DNA from: Phoronis australis
Taxonomy: Eukaryota; Animalia; Phoronida
Direction: 5' to 3'
Length of the DNA: 64,000 nt
Assembly: GCA_002633005.1 (NCBI GenBank)
Contig: NMRA01000213.1
Location: 103,892-167,891, forward strand
Part shown: piece by piece, positions 13,754-27,500 of the stretch
Numbering within the stretch: the first letter of the stretch is position 1
How the letters are laid out: each line of letters starts with the position of its first letter
Program-made: the position numbers and the translations under genes
Notes under the pieces: generated by a model
Told to the model about the DNA's origin: nothing
The model's database searches: none
Seen by the model: only the letters and a program-made list of their open reading frames with translations

Positions 13754-15822
13754 ACTGAGACTCGAACTTGCCGATTCACATACGGTAAATAGTCAGAGAG
13801 TTTCGGCGAGGCGATCAGCTAGACTGTTCAGACAAAACACACCACTGTATGTCAACGCACACGCATACAGGTGAATAAATGCTACTGGGTAGGCTTAAGC
13901 CTACATGATTGTCTACGAACAGTCTGACAAGCTTAATACGTTAGGCTATCGGACATAATGACTGCTGACAAATATACACCTGTCGTATAAATGTGGTATA
14001 AATCAATATCGTAGGCGTTCATGAAAACAAAAGAGAACGACGGTATGTACTCCGTTTTGGTAGGACTTCGAAGACGACGGGAACGTGTTTGCAATCTGAG
14101 ATTCACAACTTTTGATTCCTCCTTCGCAATTAGCGTCCGATGCTGTCACGTACGCCAAGGTTATCTCGCCGATCCTGACCAATAACTATCGGCTGAACTC
14201 ATAAACAGTCCTATTGTAATGAATCGGGTATCAGTAGCAGACGAAAAACTGGATGACGCAGCGCTGATTTAATCGCCCAAAACCAGGAACCAAAGTCTCA
14301 CCTATCATGGAGGGAGCGCAAGCCGTTTGTGTATCAACAAGTACTCGATTGTCAGAGACCGTGATCAAGTCAATCCCGGGGGGGGGGTAAGCAGTTATAA
14401 ATTAAAAATGTTTGAACAATCAATCTCGTCGCGGCCAACATGCGATTGAACTCAGCAAAGCAAAATCTAAAGTAATACGTCGTCGTACAAACGCGAAACG
14501 AAAACGAAAGTAATCCACCGGATCGGCTGTAGGCAAAGCTCACGTTAGTTTTTCCCTCAGTGGTTCCGCTGACACGCAGAGACTGACGCAATAGTGTGGA
14601 TGGCCAGACTGATATAATGCAGTCTAGCCCTGGGCTCAACTCCTACGGCACTTTTAAGTTTTTAGAAAACATTAAAATATTTGGCTAATAGCCTCAGTCA
14701 CTTAAATTCATAGGCGATGTCGCCGCGAGTACGTGACCCGACCATTTAGTCCCGCGGCATAGGGACACTGAAACTGGCCAAGTACAGTAACAACTAAAAA
14801 GCCAACTTCAGTTCATGAGCTAAGCGGCATGATGGATACCGATTTTATCAGGAGCCAGATCAGTGGAGGAGATACGCCTATGCACTTCATGTGACCTCAA
14901 GAATTACGTTTTATTATGGGGTAAGTCTGCGACAGTGTACATTTACAGGCACGTCACCCGCCCGGGAGGGGTTTTAAGTTGGCCGGCCTACGCGACCACC
15001 GTCTTCGCTGTTAAACCATTCTAGGGCGGCTGAAAACGTGCAAAATTTTCAAGAAAGGGCCTTGCCTAATGCGATCTTCCAAGAGCTGGGACACAGGGGA
15101 AACAACAAATAATCCACGGCGAAGCCTCCAAGACCATCCAAAACTTCGAACCATCCCATACTGAGGACCAGAGACAATTAACGTTTACAGAGTCCGTAGA
15201 CTGTCCCCAAGAAATTCTGGACGCATATCACACCAGACTTTTCCCGAGATGACAGTAGATCACTACGCCTTAAAATCAAAGCATCTGGTCACACTAGCTT
15301 TAAAGTAGCTAAATTCTCGAGTTCACGGCCCAGCAGCTCAGTTTTATAACGGCGAGTGGTTAAAATCTTGGGAAGTAGACCAACCGCACCCCCCGGAATC
15401 CCGCACAAAGCCGAGCTCATAGAGCTCACAGTCGAGGTATGTTTGTCACCCGAGCTGCGTGAAATAATCAACAAAGCCGCATACTCGTATTGACAATGTA
15501 GTGGCTTTGTATTTATTGACCTAAAACGTATAGGTGAATACAATGCTATTCTGGGCCGCGTTTTGTCAAAGGTCATACTCCCGCAGTGAACATCGAGGCA
15601 GGTGTACATAATTCCATTTTCCGCATACGGCGGATTTTGCATGTTAGCGCGTTAGTCAATCTAGGCTTGCATTATAGTAACGCGTTTTGCTTGGCTAGCC
15701 TTCGTCAGCGTTATGGTAGTTTACAGTGCCCCGGCTCGGTTCTACAAATGATGAGTAAACTCCTGACTTTATCAGACAGATTATTATAGTCCATGTCGTA
15801 ATTTTTACATTTCACATAATTA

Positions 15823-17119
15823 TAAGGTGTCCCAAAAAGTGAGTCACTTTTGACAAGTAATTTCTCAGCAACTGACCAACCGAATTCGTTGAAAAATTTC
15901 ACAGTGAATCTTCAAGTAGTCATAAACAAGTCTACAATTAAGTATCTCAGAAATTATGAAACTGTGAAATTCAAAACAACGGGGTGAAAAATGCAATATC
16001 ACTGTGACTTTCACCATGTTCATGCTGTGCTGGCATCTGGCAGTCAAAGAAATTGCCTGCGTGTGTCTCAAGCCAACTGTTTTTTATTGTCAGATTTGTA
16101 CCCAAATCAGTTCTGTCCAATATTTCGGTTTGAAATGATGCCTTAGAGTGAGAGTGATCAATTTACAATTATTGAAACCCGTTTCAAGGAGAAAGGGTGG
16201 AGCAGAAGAAGAATCTTAAGGGAGTTCCTAGGAAAAGGGTAGGGTCGTGCGATTGCAAATAGACTTATCATAAGTCTATTTACTGTCGCACGACCCTAAA
16301 ATAGGCAACACAGGATCTCTTGCGCATAAAAGTGACAGTGGGAGACCCAAGACTGCATGTTAAAACGAGGACCGTGTTGAGGAACTGATTCAATACCAGG
16401 AGGACAACTTAACCCGGGGAATCACAAATCTCAATCTGAAAGAATTCGCAAGGGATTTACAAGTGAGCAACCCCGTTTTGCAAACAATGGCGACAAAACT
16501 GGAGTTAAACTATTCAAAAGAATGTGAAAAGAATCATTTTCACTCACATGAAAAAGATTTTACGTTAGAAATCGCTAAAAATATCGCGTTTACCAGAAAC
16601 ACAAGCCAAGAAATTCAGCCCTCTCGACTCATCATGAGACTTCCAGATTTTCCAAAAAAGTAATGGTTTCAGCTGAGTATCTTGCAATTGGGAAGGGAAA
16701 AACAAGTATTCTTAGAGCCAAAGATAACAGTCAACGCTACATGCAGTTATTATCTTCTCCCGGACTACAAGCGATTTTATCCTGGAAAAAATTACATGTT
16801 GAGCAAGATGGGACTCCTTCACACACGAACAACCAGGCTCGCCTTTCTGGTTGGAACAAACGGCTCCATTTAGTCGGGGAGGCAGCCTGAGGCCACATCA
16901 GACTGAAATAAGCGAGCTTCACTTTAATTGATATTTTATTTTTTACTTGATTTTTTAATTTGACACGGTACTCGCACGACTGGTCACAGGTCTCTTTGAT
17001 ATTATGTATATTTATTGACGATATCCTGAGGTTCACCTGCAAGAAATTTGAAGAAAGTCGGATTATCCGTTGCTGAAAAATTACTTGTCAAAAAGTGGCT
17101 CACTTTTTGGGACACCTGA
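15823..17119 (+). mobile_element. Degenerate Tc1/mariner DNA transposon (~1.3 kb)
   Basis: Long imperfect TIRs (aggtgtcccaaaaagtgagtcacttttgacaagtaattt.. / ..aaattacttgtcaaaaagtggctcactttttgggacacct) in a TA-rich context. Internal broken transposase includes MVSAE..GKGKTSI and EQDGTPSHT (QQDGAPxH-type second-Asp motif) at ~16663-16830. Confidence 0.8.
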
Positions 17120-18141
17120 TATATAATATATGTGCCTCTATAAGTAACCGAAATGAGTGACTAAATTCAAAATCCAATATCCCAAACTGCAGTGAGAAAT
17201 TGACATGTCAATGAACTGAGTTCATCCCAGTTCAGTAACATCCCACTGTTAGTAAGACAACAGTAGGCAAACCGAACTTGCAGATTTCACTGCCTCCGTA
17301 CGGTGCAAGAATCTGAACCACGTACGTCAATTCACGCGTAAACGAAGGGGTCAAGGTCGTATTTACAGAATTCAGTTGAATACAAGTCTAAATATCAACC
17401 AATCCGTTCTCGGAAACCGTGCCACCCGGCGCTAACGAGTAAATCCGAACGCGCTAACAAATGACAGACACACGGACGCAAACGTGACGCAGACGGAGAC
17501 CACACAGTACAGTCAGCCGACTGTCTCGCATAAAATATCCCTCACGTTATTTTTACCGGCCGGGTATGGGGTCACAACAAGGCAAAATGTTCAGTGACCT
17601 GTGAAACTGCATGGAGTAATAAATTGTGCACGCAGTCACAATAAGCGACAGCTTTTATTACTTGGCGAAATAAATTTCGTCAAGTACATGTATGTTGCTC
17701 AGTCACTAAGTTTTTTTTTTGTTCGCAGGATACAGGTCGTAATTGTCGTCCGATCATCACGAAATTTACACATAACACGTAGTTTAGGAAGTCCTGGAAG
17801 CATATTGTTTTTCGTCATAATCGGATCCAGGATGGCGGATATGGCGGCCATTTTGTTTCCTGGTTAAAATGACGGAAATATCGGCAATCGCGCATGCGCA
17901 CCTCGATTTTGGGAAAAAACGCTTTCTCCTCTAGAAGGCGCATTATAGGGGCAATTCCTCCAAGTTTTTGCAGGTGTTAGTTTCTTATGACATTCTATTA
18001 TTCAGATCTAAAAAACCGGAAGTCACTTCCAAGATGGCGGATTTGGCCCATGTTGACCTATTCTCAGTCGTGGTGGAGTGCCATTTTAAACGGGAAGAGA
18101 GAATGACGTGAATTTTTGCATGTGGATTTCTTACTGATTTA

Positions 18142-18415
18142 TGACATCTAAGTTCGTCATATGAATGTCATGATGTTTGTTTATCATCGCCCCCACCATA
18201 TCATCATATTCGTCATCTCCGTCGTTGTCTTTTCAATTAATTTCGCTAAGTGTCGCTCAAGACCGTCTGAGCCTATTTCTCACCGATTTCGGACTTCTAC
18301 GTTCGTCATGTGTATGTTATTATTACTTCTATTGTTCATCCTCGCCACCATCGTCGTCATATTCGTCATCATCTTTATCGTCACCTTTTTGGTTAATTTC
18401 GCCAAGTGTCGCTCC
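18142..18415. repeat. Diverged ~155-bp tandem duplication, acidic-coding-like on minus strand
   Basis: Two related units on the minus strand share gagcgacactt(g/a)gcgaaattaa...gatgacgaatatga...atgacgaac(g/t)tagawgtc. Confidence 0.65.
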
Positions 18416-20873
18416 TCGAAGGGCTTTCATTCTGTTATTGTCAGGTGATGCAGTTGAGACCTGCGGTACGAGTCACACGGGTGGCGCTACGACAGAGGCT
18501 GGGAGTAATTGGTCCTAGGACAGAGGGTAATGGTTTCAGGGATTCAACATGCTGTAAACATCCCCTTTAAATTACATAAGGATTAATTTAAAGAGTGCTT
18601 TTGAATTTCTCTAACGTCACATGGTCAGCCACACCAGGTTCTATCCACATTCCAGTCTCACTAGGGGCCGCTAGTCACCAAAAAGAGTTACACTATTCAC
18701 TACGGTGATTGCTGTTTAATATCAGATCTTATACTGATCAAAGGATAAAAGGTTTAAAAGCATCTAAGCTCTGTTTTCCACGTTCTTTTTCAGTGAGATA
18801 TGAAAACCGATGGAAACCATCATAAAATCTGAGAATACAAATTATGTGAGTTCGGTGAATTTCCAAAATTCATCACTAAAAACCCAAGTCCTTAGCTATT
18901 AGTTTCCATCATGGCTCAGTTATCAGCTGTTCCATGTTTACGCATCATTGACGGCACAATAGAAACTGTGGCTGAAAGACTATGGATAAATCCAGTCCCG
19001 TCCGACCACAACATCGGAAATGCTGCGAGTCCGGTTCATGATTGCAGCACGTGAACCCAGAAATCACATTCGCTGAGGATACTTAGTCTTGTTTTCAAGG
19101 TTCAACCAAACCTCGTCCTCGCCGGACCTGTTAACTTGGCGTCCCCGGCACTTGAGTATGCAGGATTCGATCAAAATTCAGGCTCTCTTAGTCACAAATT
19201 GGATATTATCATTCGTGGGCGGTCTTTCCCTACGGCAGTATGTGTAACTCGGCCTAAAACACATGTCACGCTTGCCAGTTTAACACACCGTCGTGGAAAG
19301 TAACTGGAGTTTTCAAAACTTTTGAGGGTTATCTATGGTCACAGGGCGATTTCGTTTCACAGAACTGGATGGGAAAGACGTTTTCTGTATCTGCTAATCG
19401 ACGAAAGACCGTGTTTGGTATCCTTTTAACAATGAGAACAATTTTATAGCGGAACGCAAGCACGTGGTCTAAATCTAAATCTCGCCTCAGTCGCGGGTGA
19501 ACGGAATGCTGGTTTATAGCCGTTTTTATTTAGTTTTGATTGGCAGCTAGGTGAACGGCTAAGCTATAGCAGCTCGCCCGCATTTGCTGTGAATGTGAGG
19601 ATTTGTCGCTCATACGGAGAAAGCGCGTGCGTCCACCGCCTCCTCGCCATGCACGGTTCTTTTAGCTGCAACGCGTGAACTTTATGGGGGTGTCTTGAGC
19701 CGAGCGGCATTCCCTAAGATTATTTTCCCCGATATACATGCACTTTCGGACACCTTTGTTCATTAAAAAGCCGCACGTTTTTAAACAACCAACAATTAGA
19801 GCACGCCCTTACGAACATAACTCCTCTCATATGAGCACACGTTCAGTTCGCGGCGCACTGACTCACAACACGAGTCCGCGACTCACACAAACATTACACC
19901 CAAAAGGTACGTCCCGCGGACTCACGTTCACTAACAAACACGTCGAAGCGAAGTGTCCACTGGTCATATTTCACCCAAAATGCCAGAGTCGTGTTTGCAC
20001 CGAGTCCGTGATCCATGCTCAAGGTTGTGAAAGCGATTATTATTCGTAGACCCAACAAAGACGACGAAAATTCAAACCGTAAAACGATGCTTTGTATGGG
20101 GATTCATCAAAACGGGCAATTGTCACTTCGGCTCCGGATTTTGAGAACCCATCTGTTCGTTATTCTGCAGTTCGAAGAACAACTGATTCTCAAAATGAGG
20201 GACCCCTGCAGTGACTACTGATTACCTCAAAACGATTTGTGATATATGACCTTGGGTACAAACTTTTGCCAAAGCCGCGGGTTCAGTCTATAATAATGCG
20301 GAAACATCTAGTAGGCCTTGCCAAAAACAAATTTGAAACATCTGTGAATCAAATGCAAATGATCTCAACATGAACTCCGATGAGCATGTACCTATACTAT
20401 TTGCTATGACTCGCTCAGTTTAAAAGATTTTATTCAAAACTTAAAAAACAGACATGCAAACTAAAAAATATGTGTTTGTCCTCATAATACTTAGTGCAAC
20501 CATTCTCAGCTCTGGCAAAACCATAGATGGGGCCACAATACATGTAGAGCCAGCCCCCTGTGCCTGTTCTTTGCAGAAAAGGCTCTCCTCGCAGTAGACA
20601 CTTGATTTCAAATTTATCTCTTACACCAACAACAATCACTGCTCAATTCATTGTAAGATCATTACACTGTCAGCAATGTTATAGCCTATGACTCAGTCGG
20701 TCAATCTGTGTGTCTTTAATAGACAAATTACAAAATGAAATCACATCAAAACCCTGTAAGTAAAATGGCAGTATGAACTCAACTGCCCAAGCGCATAGCT
20801 GACTGTTACTTCCTCTTTAACACTTCTGCCCACATAGGCAGTTACAAGTTGATTAGGTGCTATCTGCTCTTTC

Positions 20874-21039
20874 CAGGGGTGGATCCAGGATTTTGAGTAA
20901 GGGGGGGAGGCAAGGCAGAGTATTAGCCCTGATTTTGCCCCTCAGACATTCACATCCCCGAATTCCCAAATGGAATCCGTGAGAATTTTAGGGGGGGGGG
21001 GGCCATGGCCCACTTGATTCCCCCCTAAATCCGCCACTG
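20874..21039. mobile_element. hAT-like MITE family A copy
   Basis: CAGGGGTGGATCC...AAATCCGCCACTG; flanks CTTTC/CTTCC. Confidence 0.75.
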
Positions 21040-21558
21040 CTTCCTGGCATTAGACACTTGGCCGGTACCACCACTGTGTGTACTTCGTCAATGTACACGG
21101 ATTGCCATAGACAGAATCCTTGATATCAAGATCACTGATCTAACATCTTTTGTGTGGATCAGGACAATAGCTGCATTAGTGGTAAGTTCATGGCAATAAA
21201 ATACAGGTTGAAATTAAAGAATCACACTTTCGTGGACTAAAACTGGTGATTTAGCAATCAGTGCGACTTCTCACTGAAATTGAATTCACAGTGCCGAAAA
21301 ATTGTGTTGGGATCATTTTCCCCCGAAGAAATATCACAAATATTAGCCACAAAGCAGTGTCACCGGTTCCATGTTTTATTGGCCAAGGGGAGACCATTTT
21401 GTACCAAAAGTTATTTTGTTTAGAAGTTTGACAATTAACTCCACTTTTCTGCTGCATTGTGGCCCACCAAACTGAAGAATTTTTACATAAGTAGGCTCTA
21501 CCAATCCTAAGACTACAGAATGATAAGAAAATGATGGTGATCTATCACAAATTGATGG

Positions 21559-24500
21559 TTAACTAAGACAAGACATTATCTTGTCAACGTCGAATTTGAA
21601 GTGGAGCCAAGCCTGTGATGAGAACTCTGACTGATCCGCCTTTCTCTGGTGTTGGTTCTTGTTGTAGGAAGTAGGGCCATCATGTTCCACGGGTGACACT
21701 GAAAGTGTACACAGTTTCATTAAGGATACAGTTTATTGCTCATTTAGTTCAAGAATATAGCTGTCATGAAAGTCCATTTTAACTGCAGTGAGGAATTTCA
21801 GAAGAAATCTCTCCTCAACAGAGTGTAAAACCCCATTTCAAGACAACCAGGAGGTCGGTAACATTTCTTCTCACACACTGAGTACAAGAGATGTGGACAA
21901 ATTTTTGAAGAGCCACATGAAATTGGGATCAGCAACACCTGAATGCTCCTGGTCGTTACCTACTAGGCTATTGGAAAATCTTGACTTAAAAATGAGCCGT
22001 GAGCTCAAATATTGGCTTGTGGGGCGATGTTAACATGGGCCTGAATGAAGCAAGCTTCAAACTTCAAGACACGTGGAAACTAATACTTGGCAATAACAAG
22101 TCTTAACATAATCATACTCTTTGCTCTTTGCGGCACGCTATCAGAAGATTGTGTAGTTATCTCCCTTGACATTTAAATTGCTAATAATAGTTTGTTACTG
22201 TGTAGTTTTTACTGAGGGTTGCTGGCAAGATTTAGCGCATGCACAAATTTCTGGCGATGATAATATAAAGGAAACCTGGGCAAAATGGGTGAGAAATGTG
22301 CTCCATATAACAGGCAAACAATAACAAAGTACCAAAAACCAGGGATAATAATCGAACCCTTACCATCACTTACGAAGCAGTGCAAACTCGTACCACTACA
22401 GCAGAACACTCACCACACCTACAAAACTATTTCCACACAATACAAGAACTAACAACGAGCCCCTACCACAAAAGTTGAATTAATAATGCATGCATAGTTA
22501 CCATGTACCACATGGTCATTTGTGAGTGGTACAATGGTCCTTTCTGTACGGTAGGATCTCTGGTGTTGCATGGAAAGGCTCACCTTCTTCTGGAAAGAGT
22601 TCAGTTCCGTGCTAAGTGTTCTGTGGTAAGGGTTCATAACATCCTCGAGTAACTCTAAGACTATAACACAACGGCATTAAGACAACAACAAAATACCTGA
22701 GAATTGCGTAGCTAACGAGCGTCTTGATTTGCTGTTTCCAGAAAGACTGCCGTCTCGGTTCTAAAATGAAGAAGTGGGTGAATCACACCTTGTTTAGAAA
22801 CTCATCTGCTGTGTTTTGAATATGTATTACATGGTCACATGACATGTCAGCTGATGCTTATTGACTAGTAACAGAGCATACAATGATTTTTCGCAATGCA
22901 ATGTTTAAATAGATTTCAGATTTGAAAATCCATAAAATTTAGCAGATTTGGGTTAGCCAGTCCAGCTGTTAGATGCTTTGTTTAATGGCACTGATAAGAC
23001 AATTTGTCTACTTCTTTTCAAGTCTGTACTTGTCTACATGGTTTTCAACATGAATGCAATAACGGGAAGGGTTATGTAACTTTACCAAGATTTTGTATGC
23101 GTTCTTTGGCGAAGGTGTTGACTCGCTTCGCTTGCCCGACCCTGGAGTCTGTTGTGACCGCAATTTCTGAAACCTGGGTGCTGCATCGGATTGTAATTTG
23201 CCCTTCTGGTCCCCAGTGGTAGTTCGCGGAGATGTGCTATGCGAAAAAAGGTCCTCTAACTGTGTCCAATTCTGCTGGGCAAATCTCTGCTGCTCAAACA
23301 GTCTTTGCTGCTGTTGTTTGTCAGTATGGCCACCAGGTGGTGTCGCAGACACATGTGCTGTAGACTCTCTGTCCCTTGACCCCTTAGGAGTTCTCCTAGA
23401 CATTGAATCACGGCCCTGCTTCTTTGCAATCCAAGACCTGAGACGTCTGCAGCAATAAAACAAAACCCTCATTATGATATCAATTTTATTTTTCGATGAA
23501 AAGGCATTTTATGAATACTGTACTGTGTTAAACATACTGATAATGAAGAACTAATTTCTAATCAATAAATTAATTTCTGAAGACAATTTAACAACACAAA
23601 AATTCCGGCTGCCCGACACATTGTACGTTCTATTGAACAGTATTCACTGTATAGCTGTATCCATACCAGTTCTTGCCCAAGCGCATGATGCAACAGAAAC
23701 AAGACAATCAGATGCAATGACTGTGAGCACACAAGCTATATTAAGGAAACTTGGCACAGGTGTGACAACTGAACCCATCTCTTAAAGGTAAAGCGGAAGC
23801 TACGCCCAATCAACTTGATGCAGAATTCTTTTCCAATGCGACGGGGAAACAACATTTTGTCTGATTACCTTTGTCGCCAAGTGTAGGTTACTTTTTACCG
23901 AGTCAGTGGTTTGTTTCATGAAAGATGACAGAAATTTGGTCTTGCACTTGCATTTGCTCTTCACGATTTCTGAATAAATGTTTAGCAAGGTAATTATGAA
24001 CGTATCACAGTCTGGAAATAATTTATAAACATCATATCAGCAACTAGTAGTGTGTACATTCTGAGAAACGAGTGAGATTTTCATAATTTTTCAGAAATAG
24101 TAATACAAAACATCAGACGAAATTTATGTCATACAAAGAACTGTAAGTCACTCTACACGAAACCGACTTCGGTAGAGGTGTTGTCACGTGAACACTCAGC
24201 AAGTACTCGCAGTTGCAACATGGGTATGTGCGTTAAGAGCAGGACTGAACAATACGGTTTTTACAACATTGCTGACTAGTCTGAGAATTTTTGATACGTC
24301 ACAAAATCGATGCCTTTCATGTAAAAGACCATTGGCCTGCTGACTTACTTGACAAACGGCATGACCATGAAGAAAGAATTGGGGCTGAGATTGAGGTGTG
24401 TCTTGCACGCTGTGTCTTTCTTGTTTGACGGCAAGTGATCCACACAGAACCACTGTACGTACTGGAAAGTAAAGCAGTTGGATGTATCTTCCGATGTGAG

Positions 24501-27500
24501 AGGTATTTTCCAACACGCGTTTGCAGTTTTAGCACTTAGGTTATATTACGTACACCAGACTGGCTTTGGCAGACTCAGCCATACATCGTTTCTGAAGACC
24601 ATATTTCTAAACTTTAGAGTATAAACAGATCACTCCCAGAGATATCCAAGTGTTGCTAACACGTTGCAGTGTGCTAATTTATTGGAGTAGCAATGTTAGA
24701 GGTTCATTGAATTCCTTCCATTTTTAAAAGCGTGCGATATTATCTTGGGAAATGCATATGGACAACTGCGAGTTGTATTATTACGTAAACCAATTCATTG
24801 ACATTGGGGCTACTCAGTGCTAAATTTATTACACTGGAAAGGTGAGTTGAAGAAGACTGATTCACTGACATTTGGAGACATTGACAAAAAACTAAACATG
24901 ACATAAATAAATCAACAAAACCACACAGTTCAAATGCAAGCATGATTTTGCCCCCGACATTTTAAAATACGGTAAAAATTATTATATATACTGTTTTTGT
25001 ATCATTTTTCCAGTCCACACAAATACACTGCTCGACTGAAAATGCTACTTTTTCATTGCATTTTTATCCGTCTAATGGAATACCGATCTATCACCATAAT
25101 GTCAGCGTTTTTCAAAATGTTGAGATAATATGTTTTGCAGCACAAGACTACAGCAAAAACGATGTCAAATTTTGTTTTTGCCCAATCACGAGATCAAACC
25201 AAATACAGTTTTTGAAAAATCCACTCTTACTATAGAGAATTTTCAGAATGTGGGATTAGAGGGCATATCCGTAAGAAAACCTAGCGTTTATTATATTTTC
25301 TCATGCCTTTAACACAGAAGAAAAAATTTCTTCATCATAAGTCCAGTTTATATAACATGGGCGGCGCAGCACTGAAAAAATGAAGGGGCTAATGCCCCCT
25401 CAGCCCCCCTGTGGTGCACTGCCTATAGACCACGTGTGGCGTGGCACTGAAAAAAGTAACGGGGCTATAGCCCCCCAGCCCCCTATGGTGCGCCGCCCAT
25501 GTACAACACAGCTAAGATCAACATATTGCGATAATATGGTCATTTTGGTAGAATTTAGCAAGATTTGAAAATAGAAAATGATAAAATTTTGGTAATTATT
25601 TTTGTTTGGATTTGACAAAAACTTTACCGTAAATACACCTGTATCGAAGAAGTGAACAGACAAAGCTCTGAATTAAAGTACCTTAATTTCACCCCTTGTA
25701 CGAGGTACAAATTCTGTATCCATGGCAACGCCCGGAATGATATACAGTCTTGCCATTTGATCGCACACAGTGTGTTCTATGTACACGTCCTCAGTGATCA
25801 ATGATGAAATGTCGAAACCAGTTTCTTCCCGAACCTGCAAAAAAATTCGTCAAAACAACTTTAAATAAGTTGCTGGAACATCAAGGGTCTATAAAGACAT
25901 TTCCATTTGAGTCACTAACACAAAATGTAAATTTATTTATAAACCATGTCATTCATTGACAACTACACAAACCTTTCAGTTTTGATGAATAAAACATGCT
26001 GAGGTTTTATACCATTCTACACAGAATAAGGCGAAAAAGAGCGCCCAAAGTCATCAGTTTTGATAGAGCTGTCCAACTTCAGAGATTCCATGTTAATCGC
26101 AGACTTCCAACTGCTTTCATGACGAAGAACATTTTCAAATCACTTTCTTTGAGTTAACATATTTCATAAAACTTTCATTGCTTTAACCAGTAAAAATTTC
26201 TCTGGAATGGTACCATTGGGTAGAAATTCTCTTTAAAGTGGTACCATTCCCAGCATACCAGTTTCAAAGAAAGTGATTATTTTAATTTGACTTAATCTTG
26301 ACTAATCAGGGCTTGGAATGACCCATGACAAAAAAGAGGAAATTTTTACGGCCCTAACTACACATTTCAATCTAAACCATACCTCAACAGATAAAAAGTA
26401 AACGTTATTCTCACAAGATGCCCTCTTACTGGGTCGTGTTGGCAAAACACACTCATCTCAAGCAGTACCTGACATCTATTTCAGCAACAACAATGAAGGC
26501 AATTAGATGCAACAAAAGATATTTTTTAAAATTAAAAAACAAAAATAATGATGTAAATTTTGAAGTATGAGTGGCAGGAGCTTATTCTTGATTTGCTGCA
26601 GGGAGACCTATAAAATTATTTTCAATTCTTATAATTACGAAACAAAATTACAAAAACAAAAAAAATGTAAATCGATTCAAAGATTATCTGGAAAGCCTGA
26701 AATACATACACATTTAATTCCAAAAAAAATTAATTCCAACGCAAATGGAAAAAAATCGAGACGAAAACCTGTGGCTCATACCCCAACTGCTAGCATAGAA
26801 AAATGAAAGTCAAAAACACACTTTAAACCATAGAATGCATCAACCCCAATTCTAAGTTGGCCAAACTTTTCAGTTTCAAACAGTAATTACAGGAGCTAAT
26901 TGTTCATAAGCCACGCTGGTGTAGAAGAAACTATGTTACACAAGAAATAACTACTAGGACACTGAAAATAGGCTGGCGGAATTTGTAATCAATGGCTTAG
27001 ACCAATCAGATCATTCAGAATGTCATGCAATCACTTCTCTCGAACTGCAAAACTCGAGTCACAAAATAGAACACGAAAAATGTCAAAATAAATTGAAATA
27101 CATAAACGGCAATTTAAAACACATTTGCAGGAACGAAAATAGCACTTTGTATCCCGTTTCGGCAGCACGTAGAAAATCGCACTCAGACGGTCAGGCCTAG
27201 CACTAGCAGCCAACGGCAACAGGCGTTCATTTGGGATCAAACAAAAGAATTTCATACATCACTCACATCCCACGATTCCAATCCAATGAATAACCGGTTA
27301 CGGTTGAATTTCATTTCAGGAGGCGTTGTTATTTCTAGCGTTTCATAGTTTTTATTCGGTCCACCGATTCCGACTTAGTCCAAGGCGACTCGGCCAAGCA
27401 CTCTGTAATTGTTCCTCTCTCAAAGTTTACAGAGCACAAACTTTCACTTATGTTGTTTGTGAAGACATTGGTCGTTTCTTTTATCCACTTTTCTACGAAA

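Noticed and set aside
14750-15290. Exon-like plus-strand segments (GTAAGT donor ~14921)
   Set aside because: No recognisable protein or consistent exon chain could be built.
18161-18518. Hydrophobic and Ser-rich plus-strand ORFs
   Set aside because: They are antisense shadows of a GAY/GAR-rich duplicated segment.
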